A stretch of DNA of 64,000 nt from Candidatus Latescibacterota bacterium. GTDB lineage: Bacteria; Latescibacterota; UBA2968. This document shows positions 62,401 to 64,000 of the stretch, piece after piece. Both the position numbers and the translations under genes were made by a program. Every line of letters starts with the position of its first letter. The stretch's first letter is position 1. Under the pieces are notes generated by a model. It had not been told where the DNA came from and searched no databases. It saw nothing but the letters and a program-made list of their open reading frames with translations. The stretch is taken from NCBI GenBank assembly GCA_965204375.1, contig OZ241986.1:4576001-4640000 (forward strand), in the 5' to 3' direction.

Positions 62401-63476
62401 CTGTGGGTGCCGCGCAACCCGTTTCTCTGTCGGTCGTGGATCTCATAGGCGAGGAAGAAGAATTCGCTCCGCGCCAGACGCGGCTCCTGCCCCTCTCGGG
62501 AAAATCCGATGAAGCGCTCCGAGATCTGACAGGACGCTATCTATCGTGGCTCGACGCGCTCGCATCCGAAGATGAGGCGACACTTGCCGACATGGCGTGG
62601 ACAGCGGGTGTGGGGCGCAGCCATTTCGATCACCGCGTGGGCATCGTATTCCAGGATACCGAATCGCTGAGAGAGAGGTTACAGACACTCGCAGAGATCG
62701 GTGAAAGACCTGAGCCACGTATGGCGACAAAGATCGCCTTCGCGTACACAGGACAGGACAGCCAGTGGATCGGCATGGGGAAAGACCTCTACGAAAGCGA
62801 GCCGGTAGTCCGCGCAGTTCTGGACCGTTGCGACGAAGTCCTTCGGGAAGAGCGGGACACCTCCTTGCTGGACGCGATGTTCGATCAGAACGGTGATCTA
62901 TCTGACCTGCCTGCCATCTATGCACTGGAATCCGCACTTACAGCACTGTGGTCAAGCGTGGGGATTCAGCCCAGCGTGGTGGTCGGACACGGTATAGGGG
63001 AAATTGCAGCGGCACAGGCAGCGGGCGTCTTTAGCCTGGAGGATGGCTTGCGGGTTGCAGCGGCACGGGACACGGACAGTCTGGAAGCCACCCTCACAGA
63101 CGTCACAATTGCATCGCCATCTTTGACCCTGGTGAGCAGTGTAACAGGAGAGATCGAGAGCCTTGACGCAGCATACTGGCATCGGCAAGCGCAGGCACCA
63201 GTGGCATTCGACAAATGCGCGAAGAATCTGGCCGATCTGGGGATTGATGTACTCATCGAGATTGGCCCGAACGCAGTGCTGGATCCGATAGAGGGCGACG
63301 CGAATCCACCCGTTGTGTTATCGAGTATAGGAGACAACGGTTTTGTAGAAGCAGTAGCAAAGGCTTATGAAGCGGGACTTTCGGTATCATTTCCCGGGCT
63401 ATTTGCGGGAGAAACGCGCCGCCGCATCTCGCTGCCGAGCTATCCATTCCAGCACCAGCACTACTGGATTCAATAG
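53418..63476 (+). CDS. supA: SupA-type type I PKS: KS-AT-DH-cMT-ER-KR-ACP-KS-AT0
   Basis: DTACSSS; GHSLG/HAFH; HRVFGRVIAP; IEVGAGTG; LIHAGAGGVG; TGGLGGIG; LGMDSL; ELNCASS; GHGIG. Confidence 0.9.
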   Translation: MKPDKSDQPIAIVGMACRFPNAPNISAFWRLLEAGQNAVTEGSPGSGVGRVGTLFPDAEVQNDACRFGAFVDDIDLFDATFFRISPVEAQLLDPQQRMMLETSWQALEDAGIDPDRLKGSRTGVYAGISNNDYRGVILGSSRTAEPSASLFSVAGTSLNTAIGRVAFALGLGGPAMAVDTACSSSLVATNQAVAELQQGKADLALAGGVQAILSGRLTELRGNAGMLSPDGQCKAFDASANGFVRGEGCGIVVLKRLSEAEADGDHIWGVIRSTAVNQDGASTGLTVPNGPAQERVIEEALSRAGILPSEVDYVEAHGTGTEVGDPIEINATAAVYGRGRDADNPILVGSVKTNIGHLEPTAGVAGLIKTVLSMKQGVIPKHLHFENPNPNMDWDRLPLRVTSEAMDWPLNAERPPIAGVNSFGWSGTNAHVIVEGYGTPKSSDEEYLPVGSARPVAISLPKSVLPPEEEIGARRTRLLPLSGKSDEALRDLAGQYLKRGFASEDEARLADMAWTAGVGRSHFPHRAGIVFSDGASLRESLSALAEISTRPAPQTPSKIAFVYTGQGSQWIGMGENLYHTEPVVRAVLDQCDAVLREARGTSLLDVMFGRAGDLSDQAWTQPAIFAIECTLTALWKSVGITPSVVLGHSLGELAAAQAAGVFSIEEGVRFAAARGELTATLPGGGAMAAIFADVSQVESALNELNAASTGVGLSMAAYNGAHQVVSGPEEKVEAISEHFLAQDIRVSRLRTTHAFHSALVEPMLDKLDAIVSEIAVASPSLTLVSNVTGQVLETGKRQDSAYWRQHTRKPVAFAPSIETLAGLGVDLVIEVGPHAVLSTMTTLSWPDTAEGPPVALPSLLRPSSKVSQAEADRAFTAAVAKAYEAGLSVSFAGLFAGETRRRISLPSYPFQRERYWVEAPKRRRQIAGHPLLGERHESASGEIAFETEVLPSDPTWLNDHRVFGRVIAPGALYGAMAISASMAEESGSMVIEEMQLHNALIFPEESADNDEGGGREMQVLLEAPGEEPSRLVRIFSKGEAEEDWTLHAECRAPSDTNAQQASEQVNLESLKAGLSPEDVPAFYRAKAGVGIDLGPSFRTLRMVWSRAGEALGEVCFPEALGGNDLDVHPLLLDGCFQVMGAARNPGGAEDGITYLPFGWERLWLPDRLPDRFLCHMRMREASKNREPDAETGGSPEVFVGDFLLYDQSGVLIGELSGFMVKRATRAALLSAVEGVQELLYEVMWRESTLAPGLLPADFLPSPGEVADRWELFSDYLAAEGVDAGLRPAWLADLSCMARHFALSALEKLGWERKAGTAVDSEDLRQRLGVLDEHSRLFRRMLEILARAGVLEAAGEGFVVAVGAGEPLPEGIPGNPEQFAAQVNERYSYASSEIGIFRRSAGALAEVLRGEEDPLSLLFGSGEPSAADLYFKAPIYRASNRMLGDAVRTLVAGLPEGRRLRVIEVGAGTGSATESVLPELPEGRYDYMYTDISAGFFAQAEGLFGDECIEYRVLDIEKDPVEQGFDPHGYDLLIASNVLHATRYLEETLTHCRSLLAPSGHLVALENLCGQDWLDMTFGQLDGWWRFSDDCRPTYALAGPDVWRQSLGSVGFEGVEILGLGGPDAAEMPDRGVILAQLPEEVAEQRGVWVLAADRGGAAAELALELAARNQTVVLASDAGSTGEGPADEKTAVIHTSLEMEHRESWQSLLEDLPGHAALSGVVHFAALDGHGPDTTTAEMAENVKRVGASALALAQGLADADVTPEKGLWFLTRGAQVLERERAGELVGATLWGFGKVLAREASHMQPKMIDLDPEPTAPPVDLANELLYPDTEDQIVHRGSRRRVARLVRTGEGTDRINLPEEPGWMLGVGEDGAIADLQVAPTPLESKEVRVAVEAAGLNFWDVFAALGLIDEKFLGTEFCGHIIEVGSEVASVAVDDRVVGLAFGTFGPEVVTRAELLAPAPPDLSATALASMPTVFVSVALSYELAGLKAGDRVLIHAGAGGVGLAAIQWAQAAGAEVFATASAPKQAYLRSLGVKHVFDSRQTKFGEEILKATGGAGVDVVLNSLTAEGFIDASLACLAHGGRFVELAARDILSEEEMAAVRPDVAYYIVNLHAMKGDDPARPGALLRDVMKRLAAGELTPLIHTRWPLAEARRAIEFMRDGRHIGKIAFANSPLTSGRLREDRTYLVTGGLGGIGCVMADYLADRGAGAIALNGRRAPNPEAEETIRRLRERGVTVQVEIADVTDADAIDEMLARMDETLPPLGGVIHSVGVLSDGALGNQSWERFEQVLWPKVLGAWHLHRATEDRDLDMFVLFSSVAGVLGNPGQSNHAAANAFLDQLAAHRRALGLPGQTIAWGAWSELGEAEEQRERIAERLEARGTDWITPQQGLRAFDQLVREDAATSVVLAADWSSYEEGLEYRMPLLEDLLSTISEDEADSPALADDLMSHLAETPAAEREALLVSFLQQELQAVLRLPTAPEPTVGFFDLGMDSLMAVELRNRLNRAFADEYVVPNTVVFDYPDIARLANHLIEELGEVSTVPAPPPQVQPEPEPQTEVQREDNGIAIVGMACRFPGAPDLSTFWQQLEAGADAVTDGRRDSGSWNALAKDLPPEYAAYRRGGFVEEIDRFDARFFRISPIEARMMDPRQRMMLETTWQALEDAGIDPDKLRGSRTGLYAGIATSEYRDLMTASDYGISYLSTAASMTVGRIAFLLGLEGPTIPVELNCASSLVAVHQAVMGLREGEVDMALVGGTHAVLSPELTKEMAELGILSREGQCKTFDASADGFVRGEGCGMVVLKRLNEAEADGDRIWGVIRGSAVNQNGASAGPTVPNGPAQERVIEEALSRAGVAPSEVDYLEAHGGASELGDPIEVQAAAAVYGKNREADRPLLIGSVKTNIGHLEPAAGVAALIKAVLAMKRGVIPKNLNFKNPSPHIDWDRLPVQVVSAPTDWPRHPDRPPRAGVSAFGISGTNAHAVVEGYDSPDATPVGAAQPVSLSVVDLIGEEEEFAPRQTRLLPLSGKSDEALRDLTGRYLSWLDALASEDEATLADMAWTAGVGRSHFDHRVGIVFQDTESLRERLQTLAEIGERPEPRMATKIAFAYTGQDSQWIGMGKDLYESEPVVRAVLDRCDEVLREERDTSLLDAMFDQNGDLSDLPAIYALESALTALWSSVGIQPSVVVGHGIGEIAAAQAAGVFSLEDGLRVAAARDTDSLEATLTDVTIASPSLTLVSSVTGEIESLDAAYWHRQAQAPVAFDKCAKNLADLGIDVLIEIGPNAVLDPIEGDANPPVVLSSIGDNGFVEAVAKAYEAGLSVSFPGLFAGETRRRISLPSYPFQHQHYWIQ

Positions 63477-63568
63477 CCAAAACGACCACAAAAAAAATTT
63501 GACTTTACGCATGCCGATCACTATCTTTTCGGTTCAAACTATCTTACTCTTACGAAAGGAGCGTAACA

Positions 63569-63808
63569 ATGGCTTCAACCGAAGAACGTATCAGAAACCT
63601 CATCGCGGAAAATCTGGAAGTCGATGGGCAGCCAATTGCGTTACCCGATGATCTGAGCATCAGCCTTCTGGAGGCCGGAATTTCCTCCGTAGATCTCGTC
63701 GCGTTCGCGAAAATAGTCGAACAAGAATTTGACGTTAAATTGACTCTTGAAGATTGTACTAATCTCAACAGCGTACGGGAACTGGTCGCGCGGCTGGACG
63801 CAGCCTGA
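63569..63808 (+). CDS. supB: Free-standing acyl carrier protein
   Basis: 79 aa acidic, AGISSVD Ppant motif, EQEFDV; RBS AAGGAG. Confidence 0.85.
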   Translation: MASTEERIRNLIAENLEVDGQPIALPDDLSISLLEAGISSVDLVAFAKIVEQEFDVKLTLEDCTNLNSVRELVARLDAA

Positions 63809-63850
63809 GGCTGAAATCCTCTCCAGCCGGAGAACGTACGCTTCTTACAG

Positions 63851-63882
63851 AACAGGCCCCGGATGGAAATTCGGGGCCTGTT
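63851..63882 (+). terminator. Terminator hairpin after the ACP gene
   Basis: AACAGGCCCCG...CGGGGCCTGTT. Confidence 0.7.
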
Positions 63883-63935
63883 GGTTTATGGGAATTCGAT
63901 GAAGGTTCCGCTTATTCAACCCTTCACACTTCACA

Positions 63936-63960
63936 GTACGGGCGAAAGATTTTCGCCCCT
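63936..63960. repeat. REP-like palindrome
   Basis: GTACGGGCGAAAGATTTTCGCCCCT, related to 28583-28606. Confidence 0.6.
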
Positions 63961-64000
63961 TCTCTTCACAATGAATACCAATAACCCCAGCGGTGACACA

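Noticed and set aside
53433-63489. Many long antisense and alternate-frame ORFs over the PKS and other genes
   Set aside because: Expected shadows of GC-rich coding sequence; no domains recognised

Overview
Bacterial genomic window of moderate GC with AT-rich islands; no rRNA, tRNA or CRISPR array recognised. Gene content points by inference to a marine-sponge symbiont (Latescibacterota/Poribacteria-like): a SupA-type type I PKS with alpha/beta-hydrolase and free ACP, secreted ankyrin and LRR/TolB-repeat/dockerin-like proteins, PhyH, sulfatase, DUF6785 and GWxTD proteins. Core genes are nrdA/nrdB and epmA. The nrdB product has the class Ic (Chlamydia-type, Tyr->Phe) signature, and the nrdAB pair is split by an AAA-ATPase plus a broken DUF4276 gene. 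Best novelty candidates: (1) an AT-rich cassette inside a decayed IS1595 element encoding a stand-alone proteasome-beta-like Ntn protein (Thr1/Asp17), a 59-aa partner ORF and an upstream promoter-small RNA-terminator unit; (2) an NYN/LabA ribonuclease preceded by a near-consensus promoter, a ~70-nt structured leader and an intrinsic terminator, a type III toxin-antitoxin-like layout; (3) strand-biased heptamer repeats that overlap stop codons; (4) a two-copy ~150-bp non-coding cassette. All family assignments are from motif reading by eye, not database searches.
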